Shown here: one piece after another, positions 46,864 to 55,865 of the stretch | How the letters are laid out: each line of letters opens with the position of its first letter | Position numbering within the stretch: position 1 is the first letter of the stretch | Virus record (IMG/VR): IMGVR_UViG_3300042556_002263 | Origin: an uncultured virus (IMG/VR IMGVR_UViG_3300042556_002263) | Taxonomy: Duplodnaviria; Heunggongvirae; Uroviricota; Caudoviricetes | Length of the DNA stretch: 64,000 nucleotides | Reading direction: 5' to 3' (one strand) | Translations under genes and position numbers: made by a program | The notes under the pieces: generated by a model | Databases searched by the model: none | Seen by the model: only the letters and a program-made list of their open reading frames with translations | Told to the model about the DNA's origin: nothing

Positions 46864-47661
46864 ATGCCAAATGTAGGCTCATATGAATTCAAAGGAAATG
46901 ACGGTTCATGGAAAGACCCAACTTATGTGCAGGGCCACGATGGCTCTGCATGGAAGTACGGAATAGCGGTTTACATTCATAACGGAACAAGTTGGGTTGA
47001 GGTTTGGAATGCTAGACCGGTAGCGGTTTCTACAAGTATGGCCACTACTTCTACTGGCTTAACCTTTAGCGGAACAGCAGACCCAAATAATTTTTCAACT
47101 ACAGCAAAATTCCAATACAAAGAAGTCGGTGGTTCCTATAGCGACTCTGGGACAACATCAACAGGAATGGGTGACGGAGTTGATTCTGCTGTTTCCTATA
47201 CTGTGGCAGCAACAGTTGCAGACACTTATAAAAACTGGGAAGCAAGAGCGTCTGCATCAAACACAGCAGGAACTGGTGTTGGTTCTACTTTGACACTAGA
47301 TTGTAGAAAAAGCGGTCCAACATGGGGTACTAGCGATTCTTCCAATAACAGCACATGTGATGATTGTGGAACAGTAACCACCCGTACATATACGAGAAGC
47401 GGATGCCAAACATATTCTGCTGTTGTAACAAACTGCGGTACAAGAACTTATTATTCTTCTACTGGAACTTATGACGGAATAAGTTATACCGTTTTTACAG
47501 ATTGGGTATTTGGAACACCATACCTTAGAAGAACAGCAGATGGTAATGGTGGCTGTGGATGCGACTCCTACTATGCATGGTCTGTTTCTTATTGCGACTC
47601 AACAAACTCATGGAGACATACGCCACTTGGTTGTGTTCAGTGGGTTATGTCTTGTGGTTAA
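46864..47661 (+). CDS. Fibre tip protein: Trp-repeat attachment N-terminus, FN3-like domain, Cys-rich C-terminus
   Basis: GSWK / GSAWK / GTSWVEVW repeats; beta-rich middle; 10 Cys in the last ~120 aa. Confidence 0.65.
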   Translation: MPNVGSYEFKGNDGSWKDPTYVQGHDGSAWKYGIAVYIHNGTSWVEVWNARPVAVSTSMATTSTGLTFSGTADPNNFSTTAKFQYKEVGGSYSDSGTTSTGMGDGVDSAVSYTVAATVADTYKNWEARASASNTAGTGVGSTLTLDCRKSGPTWGTSDSSNNSTCDDCGTVTTRTYTRSGCQTYSAVVTNCGTRTYYSSTGTYDGISYTVFTDWVFGTPYLRRTADGNGGCGCDSYYAWSVSYCDSTNSWRHTPLGCVQWVMSCG

Positions 47662-48365
47662 ATTTCAATTTCTAGCAATCTTTGATTGGTTGTTTTAGGT
47701 GGAAATTGTAAAAGTTTTTCTTTAAACCATTTCATCATGTTGTCTGACATTTGAGGAAATCCACTTACTCTGCTTCTATGGTTGGGGTCTCCCTTTAAAA
47801 ACCTAGAAAGATGCATGTCTGGCAAAGAGTCAAGTTCTTCAAAAATAAATTGCGGAGTTTCCAAGGTGTCAAAAACAAGTTTTGAATATGTTGCCATTGG
47901 GTGGTCGGAATTGAATGGCTCTTCTGCCATAAAAGACCATTCGCGAATTGTCTTTAATAATTCAATAAGAGACTTTCCAAACCATAGTGCTCCTGGAAAA
48001 TCTCCATCGGCTATGTATTGTGCTGGGGAAACAGACCCATCTATATTCTGACTAATAAAAGTCATATAGGTTATGCAGAAATTTGGAGCAGCATCAATGA
48101 TTTTTTGAAACGCAGCAACATCGCTTCTAGATAAATAATGGCCGGTATATGGAGATGTTTCGCCAACGTAAATCCCCTCATCGTGATATACCGTATTATG
48201 AGTGGGAAGTTCTAATGCATAGGTCATATTGTCGCATCTTCCTGAATATGCCGTATTATGACCATCTATAACAAAAATGCTTTTATGCAGCATAAAAAAA
48301 CCGTATGCATTGTCGGATGGTTCTCTAAATATGATTTTTTCCGGAAGCGGAGTTGCGTTATCCAT
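47658..48365 (-). CDS. Hypothetical protein, family B copy 2
   Basis: RCDNMTY...KSLIELLKTIREW...EPFNS...MHLSRFL. Confidence 0.75.
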   Translation of the reverse strand: MDNATPLPEKIIFREPSDNAYGFFMLHKSIFVIDGHNTAYSGRCDNMTYALELPTHNTVYHDEGIYVGETSPYTGHYLSRSDVAAFQKIIDAAPNFCITYMTFISQNIDGSVSPAQYIADGDFPGALWFGKSLIELLKTIREWSFMAEEPFNSDHPMATYSKLVFDTLETPQFIFEELDSLPDMHLSRFLKGDPNHRSRVSGFPQMSDNMMKWFKEKLLQFPPKTTNQRLLEIEI

Positions 48366-48367
48366 TA

Positions 48368-48613
48368 TTATTTACCGATTTTTAAATCGATTATTTTAAG
48401 CATATTGCAAAGTCTTAGTACGGCTACCAGTAGGGTATATTGCATAGTATTGGTTTCGTCTTGGGGTGGCAGTTCCCAGGTTTCATAATCAAGAGTATCT
48501 GGGTCAACCCCAGCGCGTATGCAGGTTGTATAAAGTTCACTAAAAGTCCTGTTTCTCAGGGCCTCGAGAGCCGCAACCTTATCTTCCGCTGACAAGAAAT
48601 CTTCTAAACCCAT
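48368..48613 (-). CDS. Small hypothetical protein, family A copy 2
   Basis: LSAEDKV...SELY.....GVDPDTLDYETWELP. Confidence 0.75.
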   Translation of the reverse strand: MGLEDFLSAEDKVAALEALRNRTFSELYTTCIRAGVDPDTLDYETWELPPQDETNTMQYTLLVAVLRLCNMLKIIDLKIGK

Positions 48614-48659
48614 TTTTTCCCATTTCCTTGCAATTACCAATTTAGACTATACTCATTAT

Positions 48660-48905
48660 ATGTCCACACCATGGCAGCAATGGAAAGAACGAAACGCGCA
48701 GCGTCACAAAGAGGGGAAATCTTCCCCCCTTGATTTTGTTAACCCCGAAACACAGTATGCGCCGGTTGACGAAATACAAAGGCGAATGACAATTTGCGAA
48801 GGCTGCGAACATTACATGAAATCAAAACAATGCTCTCAATGCGGTTGTTTTATGCCCCTCAAGACACGCTTATCTCACGCAGTTTGCCCTATTGCTAAAT
48901 GGTAA
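48660..48905 (+). CDS. Small Cys-rich metal-binding protein
   Basis: RMTICEGCEHY...QCSQCGCFMPLKTRLSHAVCPIAKW; TATACT 6 nt before ATG (leaderless). Confidence 0.75.
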   Translation: MSTPWQQWKERNAQRHKEGKSSPLDFVNPETQYAPVDEIQRRMTICEGCEHYMKSKQCSQCGCFMPLKTRLSHAVCPIAKW

Positions 48906-48940
48906 AACCACCTCCGTGCTAAAATTGCTCGGGGGTAATC

Positions 48941-50086
48941 GTGGGGATACTCAAATATTTTAGATACTTAATATTTTGGCCTGTAGCAATACTGTCAATC
49001 TTTTCACCAGTAGTTGTTAATGCTGAGCCTGCAGAGCCAGGACTTACTGCAACTGTTTACAATAACTGGAACCAATGGAACGAGTACAACGATTCCCCGC
49101 CCCTCCCCCCAACAACCCCTATTTGCGCAACCCTTACATATCTAAGACTTGAAGCATATTTTGACCAAGAGCCAGTATGTAATCTTTGGGACGATTTTGT
49201 TGTCAAATTTGAAGGACACATAACTGCGCCATCAGACGGAACATACACCTTCTATATGCATGGCGATGACGGAACAAAGTTGTACTTTGACGGCGAATTA
49301 GTAGAAGATTTTTGGTACGACACTGGAGACGGTGGTCAGGTTTTCGAATACCAAATGCAGGCAGGTCAATCTGTTTCCCTACTCGCCTGGTTCTACGAAA
49401 ACGGCGGCGGCGCTTGGGTTCGTTTGGAGTACATAAATTCAGATAATCAATGGGAAGTTGTTCCAGAATCTTGGTTTACAAAACAATCTGTTACAACCAC
49501 CACAACGACTACTACTACCACTACGACTACTACTACCACTACAACGACTACTACAACTGTTCCAGAGACTACGACTACAACCGTTCCTGAAACTACAACT
49601 ACAACTATTCAGCCGACTACAACCACCACGCAAGAAACAATACCGCCCAAGACAACAACAACAGTCTTGCCTCAAACCACACTACCTCTAGCAACAACGA
49701 CATCTCTACCCCCAACAACTACAACTATTCCCGCTACAACTACAACAATACCAATAACACCGGAAATAACTAAGGAGGAAGCGCTTGCAGTTGCAACCGA
49801 CCCTGAAATAATTAAAACGCTTGACCAAGAAAAAGCGGAAGAAGTGTTTGCCGCTATTGAGGTTGAAGAGTTAACACCTGAACAAGCGGAACAACTGATT
49901 GCTGCAGTGCAGGATGCTCCACAAGAAGTTAGAGAGGCTTTTGAAAAAGAAATTAACGTGTTCAGTGGGGCAGTTGACACATATGTTCCAGTTGGTTCTT
50001 CGGTTCCTGTAGGCACTCGCCGTGTCATAATTGGTGTCAGCGCGGTTATGGTTTTTAGCGCACCTCCATCATCTAGGAGACAATAA
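48941..50086 (+). CDS. Secreted/membrane protein with PA14 carbohydrate-binding domain and Thr-rich stalk
   Basis: Signal peptide (…VNA-EP); PGLTATVY...DDFVVKFEGHITAPSDGTYTFYMHGDDGTKLYFDG...FYENGGGAWVRL; poly-Thr linker; C-terminal hydrophobic segment. Confidence 0.85.
   Translation: MGILKYFRYLIFWPVAILSIFSPVVVNAEPAEPGLTATVYNNWNQWNEYNDSPPLPPTTPICATLTYLRLEAYFDQEPVCNLWDDFVVKFEGHITAPSDGTYTFYMHGDDGTKLYFDGELVEDFWYDTGDGGQVFEYQMQAGQSVSLLAWFYENGGGAWVRLEYINSDNQWEVVPESWFTKQSVTTTTTTTTTTTTTTTTTTTTTTVPETTTTTVPETTTTTIQPTTTTTQETIPPKTTTTVLPQTTLPLATTTSLPPTTTTIPATTTTIPITPEITKEEALAVATDPEIIKTLDQEKAEEVFAAIEVEELTPEQAEQLIAAVQDAPQEVREAFEKEINVFSGAVDTYVPVGSSVPVGTRRVIIGVSAVMVFSAPPSSRRQ
49493..49750 (+). repeat. ACN-codon low-complexity repeat encoding a poly-Thr / PTTTT stalk
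   Basis: Run of more than 20 Thr codons followed by VPETTTTT repeats. Confidence 0.9.
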
Positions 50087-50253
50087 TGTTTAACAATCTT
50101 AAAGACAATATAAGCGACCTTGCATGGACACTTGGTGGTACTGGTCTGGTTCTAATTACTTTGAGCGGTGATACCCAAAAGTGGGGAATATGGATATCTG
50201 GCATTTCTCTTTTTGCGTATTTGGTTGGATTAGCAATAAAAGGTAAAGAATAA
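50086..50253 (+). CDS. Small two-TM membrane protein (55 aa, not in ORF track)
   Basis: MFNNLKDNISDLAWTLGGTGLVLITLSGDTQKWGIWISGISLFAYLVGLAIKGKE; RBS AGGAG; TAATG coupling at both ends. Confidence 0.75.
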   Translation: MFNNLKDNISDLAWTLGGTGLVLITLSGDTQKWGIWISGISLFAYLVGLAIKGKE

Positions 50254-51635
50254 TGAAAAAATTAATAGGATTAATATTAATAACACTTGGTTTATCTACT
50301 GTTTTTGCTGTAACTCCAGAAAACAAAATTGACTACCTTGTCGGCGGTGCAAAGCAAGCAAATGCCGCCGGTGGTGGACCAATTGTCCTTGACGGCATGG
50401 ACCCAGTTTGCCACTCAGGGTATGAGGGAACCTGGGGATATATTGCGCAAGTCTTGAAGAAAACGTATGACTCTGTTAGTTCTGTAAACAATGGAGCAAT
50501 TGCTGTTCTTGGTGCCAACGGAACAAATAACTCTTGTGGCGGTAATTGGAATACTCTTTTAACAACAAAATATTTAGGTCAATTCACTACCGCTCCAACT
50601 GTTAATTTTTACAATTCAACCACTCAGGTAACTGACTTCTTTACCAACATAAACACAATCAAACCAGCAATCATATGGATACCCGACAACTGGAGCAGGT
50701 CTTCTGCTGTTGAATCTATTTTTACAAGCAACGCTGAAAAAATTGCAGACTTTGTAAACTCTGGTGGTGGAATTTTTGCTAACAATGGAACATATGGTTG
50801 GTTGACAGCACTTTTGCCGAGCGCCGTATACAACAACGGTGGATGTAACGGCGGTCCAGATGCTACTGCTGATGGAACCGCAGACTTCGGTTTAACCAAC
50901 ACAATGGTTGCTGCCTGTTGGCATGGATACTTTACTGGCAATGTAGGGACGCTTAAAACCCTTGTTGACTATCCGTATCCGACAATTTCAAGCACAAGAA
51001 AATCCGTTTCAATTGGTGGAGGCTCTGTCTCTTTACCAAGTTCTTTTACTCTTGGCATATCCCCATCAAGCCCAAATGCTGGTGAAGATTTAACTATTAC
51101 AGCAAATGCCCAAACCCTTGCTGGTGTTCCTCAGGCTGGTGTTACCGTTACTGTAACCGTAAGTGCTGGACCTGATGCTGGTCAGACATTTACTGCAACG
51201 ACAAACGCATCTGGAATTGCAACTATTGTAGTTAGAACAAATACGCAGGGAACCGCTGTTTATACCGCAACAGCAACAGTTAACGGTGTTGCAAAGACTG
51301 TGTCTGCGACCGTTTCATGGAATCCACCGACTACAACAATTCCCCCTCCAACAACTACGACTGTTGCTCCGACTACAACTGTTGCTCCGACTACAACTAT
51401 TGCTCCAACAACTGTCGCTCCAACTACTGTCGCCCCAACTACCAGTGTTGATGCCGTTGTGGTTCCAGAACCAGTTACTACAACAACAGTTCACGACCAC
51501 AGCACACATAGTCACGGTCCAAAACTTCCACAAACTGGAACTGGAATCGGCTGGCTATGGGGAATTGTTTTAATAATTACTGGATATATATTGTTCTTTT
51601 TAGGAGCGAAACCTCAAAAGCCCAAACGACCATAG
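50253..51635 (+). CDS. Sortase-anchored (LPXTG) cell-surface protein with Ig-like domain and Pro/Thr stalk
   Basis: Signal peptide; Big_1-like PQAGVTVTVTV...ATTNASGIAT; APTTT repeats; LPQTG at 51525-51539 followed by a TM helix and basic tail. Confidence 0.85.
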   Translation: MKKLIGLILITLGLSTVFAVTPENKIDYLVGGAKQANAAGGGPIVLDGMDPVCHSGYEGTWGYIAQVLKKTYDSVSSVNNGAIAVLGANGTNNSCGGNWNTLLTTKYLGQFTTAPTVNFYNSTTQVTDFFTNINTIKPAIIWIPDNWSRSSAVESIFTSNAEKIADFVNSGGGIFANNGTYGWLTALLPSAVYNNGGCNGGPDATADGTADFGLTNTMVAACWHGYFTGNVGTLKTLVDYPYPTISSTRKSVSIGGGSVSLPSSFTLGISPSSPNAGEDLTITANAQTLAGVPQAGVTVTVTVSAGPDAGQTFTATTNASGIATIVVRTNTQGTAVYTATATVNGVAKTVSATVSWNPPTTTIPPPTTTTVAPTTTVAPTTTIAPTTVAPTTVAPTTSVDAVVVPEPVTTTTVHDHSTHSHGPKLPQTGTGIGWLWGIVLIITGYILFFLGAKPQKPKRP

Positions 51636-51671
51636 TGGTAAAATTAGTTTCATTATCGGAAGGAACGATTT

Positions 51672-52205
51672 ATGCCAAGAAAATATCCTTATTATCCCGC
51701 GTTTGACGGTAAAAAAGCCGGTGCTGGTGTTGAGTGGTTTGTTCATGCTTGTGGTCGTAGATGGAAAGCAACCAACATGGGAATTTATTCCGCACGGTTG
51801 ATGAGAAATTCTAAGACCGCTGGTAAGAAGATTGGCGACCCAGGGATGGAAAAGTGGCTATCAGTTCACGCAACTGGCGCTGCCTGCGATATCGGATATC
51901 CGGACCGCAAGACTGGTCTAGCAATGTGGGAGTGGTTCATTAACCACACAAAGGAACTTGGAATCGTAGAGATTCACGACTATGCATTTGATTCAAACGC
52001 CAAAGACGGAAAGCCTGGCTACGGTCGCGGGTATCGCTGTAGTCGCGGTGAGGGTATGGCTGGGGTCAAGGTTTATAACGAAAAAGAGAATGCTGGCTCA
52101 TTCGGCGGGCAGTGGTTGCATTTGGAGTTTGAACCAGAATTTGCAAAAGATGCTGCGAAGATGGAAGCGGCATGGAAGGCAATTCCAAAGCCCGGAGCAG
52201 CATAA
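51672..52205 (+). CDS. Endolysin, M15-like Zn peptidase (catalytic domain only)
   Basis: R...SVHATGAACD (H-x6-D) ... WLHLE; followed by holin-like genes; upstream TGgTAAAAT promoter. Confidence 0.75.
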   Translation: MPRKYPYYPAFDGKKAGAGVEWFVHACGRRWKATNMGIYSARLMRNSKTAGKKIGDPGMEKWLSVHATGAACDIGYPDRKTGLAMWEWFINHTKELGIVEIHDYAFDSNAKDGKPGYGRGYRCSRGEGMAGVKVYNEKENAGSFGGQWLHLEFEPEFAKDAAKMEAAWKAIPKPGAA

Positions 52206-52208
52206 GAG

Positions 52209-52457
52209 ATGCCGGATATATGGGGACCACTTATTGGCGCTGTAGGTCTTATTGTCGTCGCCCTGATTGAGGCTGGAAGAAGAACCAGTAAATCCCGTTG
52301 GGAAGAAAACAAGGCTGACCATAACTTTGTTGTAGACAAGATTGAAAACCTTGGCAAAAGCCTTGGAATATCTATTGACAGAGTTGAAAAAGGCGTAGAG
52401 CGCACAGAAGCAAAAGTTGACCAACACATTCGTGACCATGCAAAAGGGGATGTGTAG
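52209..52457 (+). CDS. Lysis-cassette membrane protein (N-terminal TM plus coiled coil)
   Basis: TM helix, then coiled coil ending KVDQHIRDH. Confidence 0.65.
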   Translation: MPDIWGPLIGAVGLIVVALIEAGRRTSKSRWEENKADHNFVVDKIENLGKSLGISIDRVEKGVERTEAKVDQHIRDHAKGDV

Positions 52458-52684
52458 TGAAAATAAAAGATAAGTTAATGATTTACATAACGCTTGGAAT
52501 ACTTGGTTTTATTGGTCTTGTTGTTATTGGTGAATACTCGTCAATGCTCGCACAGCAGTTGTCTACTGGTGAGAAATACAGTACAAACTCTGACGCTATT
52601 GCTCTTGTTCAAAACGCTCTTGTTGGTCTTATTGGAATCATCGGTGGATATTTTGCCGGTAAGAGCAAGGGTGACGGAGAATAG
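52457..52684 (+). CDS. Holin-like two-TM protein
   Basis: Two hydrophobic helices, GLIGIIGGYFAG. Confidence 0.6.
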   Translation: MKIKDKLMIYITLGILGFIGLVVIGEYSSMLAQQLSTGEKYSTNSDAIALVQNALVGLIGIIGGYFAGKSKGDGE

Positions 52685-52686
52685 TA

Positions 52687-52902
52687 ATGGCTAGTAAGAA
52701 ACCTGCTAAACCAATTGCTGGCCAGAACAGAACTGCTCCAGTTCTTGACCCGGCTGTATACGGTTCTTTAATAAAGTTTTACGGAATGAAGACAGCAAAA
52801 TGCGTATGTGGCACTTGTGCCAAAGAGATTGTTAAAGGGATGGTTAGAGAGAAGGGCGGTGCGTTTTACTGCTCGTCAGTGTGCGCTAAGAATTCTAAAT
52901 AA
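52687..52902 (+). CDS. Small Zn-finger protein
   Basis: CVCGTC...FYCSSVC. Confidence 0.6.
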   Translation: MASKKPAKPIAGQNRTAPVLDPAVYGSLIKFYGMKTAKCVCGTCAKEIVKGMVREKGGAFYCSSVCAKNSK

Positions 52903-52922
52903 AACAACGGGGGTTGTGAAAA

Positions 52923-53156
52923 TTGAAAACTATATTGCTTCGTATTCTTGCCGTATTCGGCGCTAACGGTCTTGGTGTAATCGGTGCTGGCTCAATTGCC
53001 GGTGTACCGCTATGGAAGGCATGTTTTATGGCTGGCATTGCCGGTGTAGCAACCGTCGTTGAAGGTCTCGCCAGGGCGTTCCTTGATGACGGAAAATTAA
53101 GTGTTGATGAGATAAATGCTGTTTTCAATAAGGTTGACAAGAAAAGCGCCGAGTAA
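52923..53156 (+). CDS. Holin-like membrane protein
   Basis: Hydrophobic 77 aa ending DDGKLSVDEINAVF; TTG start. Confidence 0.6.
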   Translation: MKTILLRILAVFGANGLGVIGAGSIAGVPLWKACFMAGIAGVATVVEGLARAFLDDGKLSVDEINAVFNKVDKKSAE

Positions 53157-53177
53157 GTAGTAATATTTTTTGTGTCC

Positions 53178-53208
53178 GGCCCCTTTTCAAGAGATGGGCC
53201 AAATTTTT
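53178..53208 (+). terminator. Possible intrinsic terminator hairpin after the lysis cassette
   Basis: GGCCC...GGGCC stem followed by AAATTTTT. Confidence 0.3.
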
Positions 53209-53229
53209 CAAATTTAACCAAAGGACACA

Positions 53230-53565
53230 ATGACTACGGAAATGATTTGGCACAACGATGGTCATGTAATCCATCTGCGTGTAGACAGGTCGGAGGTAAA
53301 TGTTGTTAGAACCGACTGCCCCAATAAAGAAGACAGTGCGTGTCGCTTACCAAGTGGCGACTGCGCCGTTCAATATTTTGTCGACTTGTATGGCTTGGAC
53401 TGCAATGCTGGTTCGTGTGATGCGGCTGAATCCATACAAATCTGCTGGACAATCGGAGGAAACATCTACGACCTAGATGCTTGCCAACTCTGGTTTATGC
53501 CGATAGATGACACCACATTCCAAGCATGGGTGTCTACGATGACCTCAGAGGGTACTTCTTCTTAA
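53230..53565 (+). CDS. Hypothetical Cys-rich protein
   Basis: 111 aa, RBS AAGGA, 7 Cys. Confidence 0.6.
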   Translation: MTTEMIWHNDGHVIHLRVDRSEVNVVRTDCPNKEDSACRLPSGDCAVQYFVDLYGLDCNAGSCDAAESIQICWTIGGNIYDLDACQLWFMPIDDTTFQAWVSTMTSEGTSS

Positions 53566-53872
53566 TACTGGGAACTTGTGCCTTGTTCTGTTTAGCAAGT
53601 TCTACGACCTGCCTCATGCCCAATGCGGTGATTCTCCAGTAGTTTTCGTTGAGTTGCTCCATAGCCTTATTGTTTACAAGGACTAAGAGCGCCTTCTTGA
53701 TGTCTCCCTTGTCCCTAAAAGCCTTGTTGCTGAGCCTCTGGAAATCGTCAACCGTCATTGCCCTGTCATATGCGTACGCATAAGCCAAAACGACATATGT
53801 TGTCGAGCCATACTTGAATGTGGGCTGCTTTGGCTTTGGGAGGGGTGGAAGGTCAAGGTCTGAGATATCCAT
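53534..53872 (-). CDS. Hypothetical protein, probable winged helix
   Basis: ALLVLVNNKAMEQ...YWRITALG wing pattern. Confidence 0.5.
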   Translation of the reverse strand: MDISDLDLPPLPKPKQPTFKYGSTTYVVLAYAYAYDRAMTVDDFQRLSNKAFRDKGDIKKALLVLVNNKAMEQLNENYWRITALGMRQVVELAKQNKAQVPSIKKKYPLRSS

Positions 53873-53933
53873 ACAGCAGTACAGGCTAAGGCGCTAAGCC
53901 TGTATTTACAACATGCCGGTAGTGTTAATAGGA

Positions 53934-54326
53934 CTAAAGGTCTAACAATTTGTCGAAAAGCACTGGGAGGCGCTGTATATCAGCGTTTTTTAGAAGTAAA
54001 TCTTTATTAAATCTGTAGACATTTTTGCGATTGACTTTTGTCTTTGTAATCAGTCCTTTATTTACAAGGGTTTTGATGGTTTTCTCTACCATTGTCTCAC
54101 TGATTCCCAAATAGACAGCCATAGCCCTCTGGGTCATAGATGGGTCAAGTATTAGTGTAATTAGTATTCTTCCAGGGGTAGATAGTAGAGAAACTTCATC
54201 CTCTTCCGAATAGCGAATTATTCTATTTTCATCCAGAGACTGAAGGACCTGTTCTATTAAATCCTTTTTGTCTTCAAGTATTTTTTCTAATTCGTTCTTG
54301 AATTTGTTGATTGATGTGTTGTCCAC
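53934..54326 (-). CDS. MarR-like winged HTH regulator
   Basis: DPSMTQRAMAVYLGISETMVEKTIKTLVNKGLITKTK. Confidence 0.8.
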   Translation of the reverse strand: MDNTSINKFKNELEKILEDKKDLIEQVLQSLDENRIIRYSEEDEVSLLSTPGRILITLILDPSMTQRAMAVYLGISETMVEKTIKTLVNKGLITKTKVNRKNVYRFNKDLLLKNADIQRLPVLFDKLLDL

Positions 54327-54417
54327 CCGCTGGCTCCAATGGTGAGATAATGGAGATTAGCATGCTTGCATCGTGCACGCTCCGTGTTCTATTGTGTTGA
54401 CAGCGAATGGAGGCAAA

Positions 54418-54687
54418 ATGCTAAAAGACAAACTGGACAAACTTGCCAATAAGCAAAAGGGCGAAGAACTGTGCTTACTAGGCATCGCAATGTCAAAAAT
54501 GTCTAAAGAAGACTTATCGTCTTTTGTGAATGTCATGCAGAGTGACGCATCTGCGACAGACATTATGGATGTTCTAAAACAGGAAGGTATAGGCGGCTTC
54601 GGAATGTCCCATCTCAGGGAAAAGCGCCGTCTATGTTTTTCCGAAAATCAACCCTGCTACTGCCTTAAAAATATCCTGGGAGAATAA
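54418..54687 (+). CDS. Small hypothetical protein upstream of the phosphoesterase
   Basis: RBS GGAGG; promoter-like TTGCAT-N18-TATTGT at 54366-54395. Confidence 0.65.
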   Translation: MLKDKLDKLANKQKGEELCLLGIAMSKMSKEDLSSFVNVMQSDASATDIMDVLKQEGIGGFGMSHLREKRRLCFSENQPCYCLKNILGE

Positions 54688-54689
54688 CT

Positions 54690-55865
54690 ATGGCTGGAAA
54701 AATGTCCTCAAAACTTGACCAGGTTGCCCAGAAGGCATCTATGGAAGATGCAAAAAAGAAACTTCTTGGCACTATCGCTGACATGCTTGAGCGGAAGAAC
54801 ATAGACCTATCGGAAATTGGCGAAATCAAAAAGGTCTCTCTGTACCAGTCGATGCTGAAAGACGAGCAAGGCGAGGCGCAGATTCATGACCTTGCAGCCA
54901 TTCAATTCAGCCCTAAATGGGAAAGTGGGCCAGAGTGGCCCGTCATTCAACAGGGCAAGCCAGTACAACTACAAAAGTCAACTACAAAACCGAAGACGGC
55001 AACTGGGTTCAAAACCTGCATTATTCCCCCTGATATACAGATTGGTTACTACCGTAATCAAGAGGGAAATCTCGAGCCAACACACGATGAGGCTGCTATC
55101 AGCATCTTGATTGCCCTCATCAAAGACATGCAACCGGAACTGGTCGTGATGGTTGGAGACAATCTCGACCTTCCTGAAATGGGTAAATACTTGACTTACC
55201 CAGCGTATGCACAAACAACCCAGGCTGCGATTGACCGTGCAACCATGCTTTGCGCTCAACTTAGGAGTGCCGCCCCCCATGCCAGAATCATCTGGCTTGC
55301 TGGCAACCATGAAGAGCGCATGCCTAAGTACATCCTCACCAACGCTGGCGCTGCTTATGGTCTCAGAAAGGGCAATACACCAGAGTCTTGGCCTGTACTT
55401 TCTGTTCCGTATCTCTGTCGTATGGATGAATTCGGTGTTGAGTACTTCCCTGGATACCCAGCGGCTGACTTTTGGGTCAATAAGAAATTGCGAATTATCC
55501 ACGGAGACCGCGTTAAGTCGTCTGGTTCTACTGCTCATGTATACCTGAATGCCGAAAAAACTTCAGTGATATACGGACACATCCACAGAATTGAGTGTGC
55601 CTACAAGACCAGAGAGGACTATGACGGTCCTCGCACCATCATGGCTGCTTCTCCTGGATGCCTTGCCCGTATTGATGGCGCTATTCCATCAACAAAAGGT
55701 GGCGTAGACCTTGACGGTAGACCACTGACTCGCCATGAGAACTGGCAACAGGGTATTGGAATCGTCCAGTACGAAGATGATGGAGAGCACAAGTTCTCCT
55801 ATGAGTGCATGACGATATACAACGGCTGGTCAATGTTCAGAGGAAAAGAGTACAGGACAGAATGA
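54690..55865 (+). CDS. Calcineurin-like metallophosphoesterase
   Basis: PDIQIG, VGDNLD, AGNHEER, IIHGD, YGHIHR. Confidence 0.88.
   Translation: MAGKMSSKLDQVAQKASMEDAKKKLLGTIADMLERKNIDLSEIGEIKKVSLYQSMLKDEQGEAQIHDLAAIQFSPKWESGPEWPVIQQGKPVQLQKSTTKPKTATGFKTCIIPPDIQIGYYRNQEGNLEPTHDEAAISILIALIKDMQPELVVMVGDNLDLPEMGKYLTYPAYAQTTQAAIDRATMLCAQLRSAAPHARIIWLAGNHEERMPKYILTNAGAAYGLRKGNTPESWPVLSVPYLCRMDEFGVEYFPGYPAADFWVNKKLRIIHGDRVKSSGSTAHVYLNAEKTSVIYGHIHRIECAYKTREDYDGPRTIMAASPGCLARIDGAIPSTKGGVDLDGRPLTRHENWQQGIGIVQYEDDGEHKFSYECMTIYNGWSMFRGKEYRTE

Noticed and set aside
35622..47661. Diversity-generating retroelement or invertase-driven fibre switching
   Set aside because: No reverse transcriptase, template/variable repeat pair, recombinase or flanking inverted repeats seen; the paralogs are too diverged
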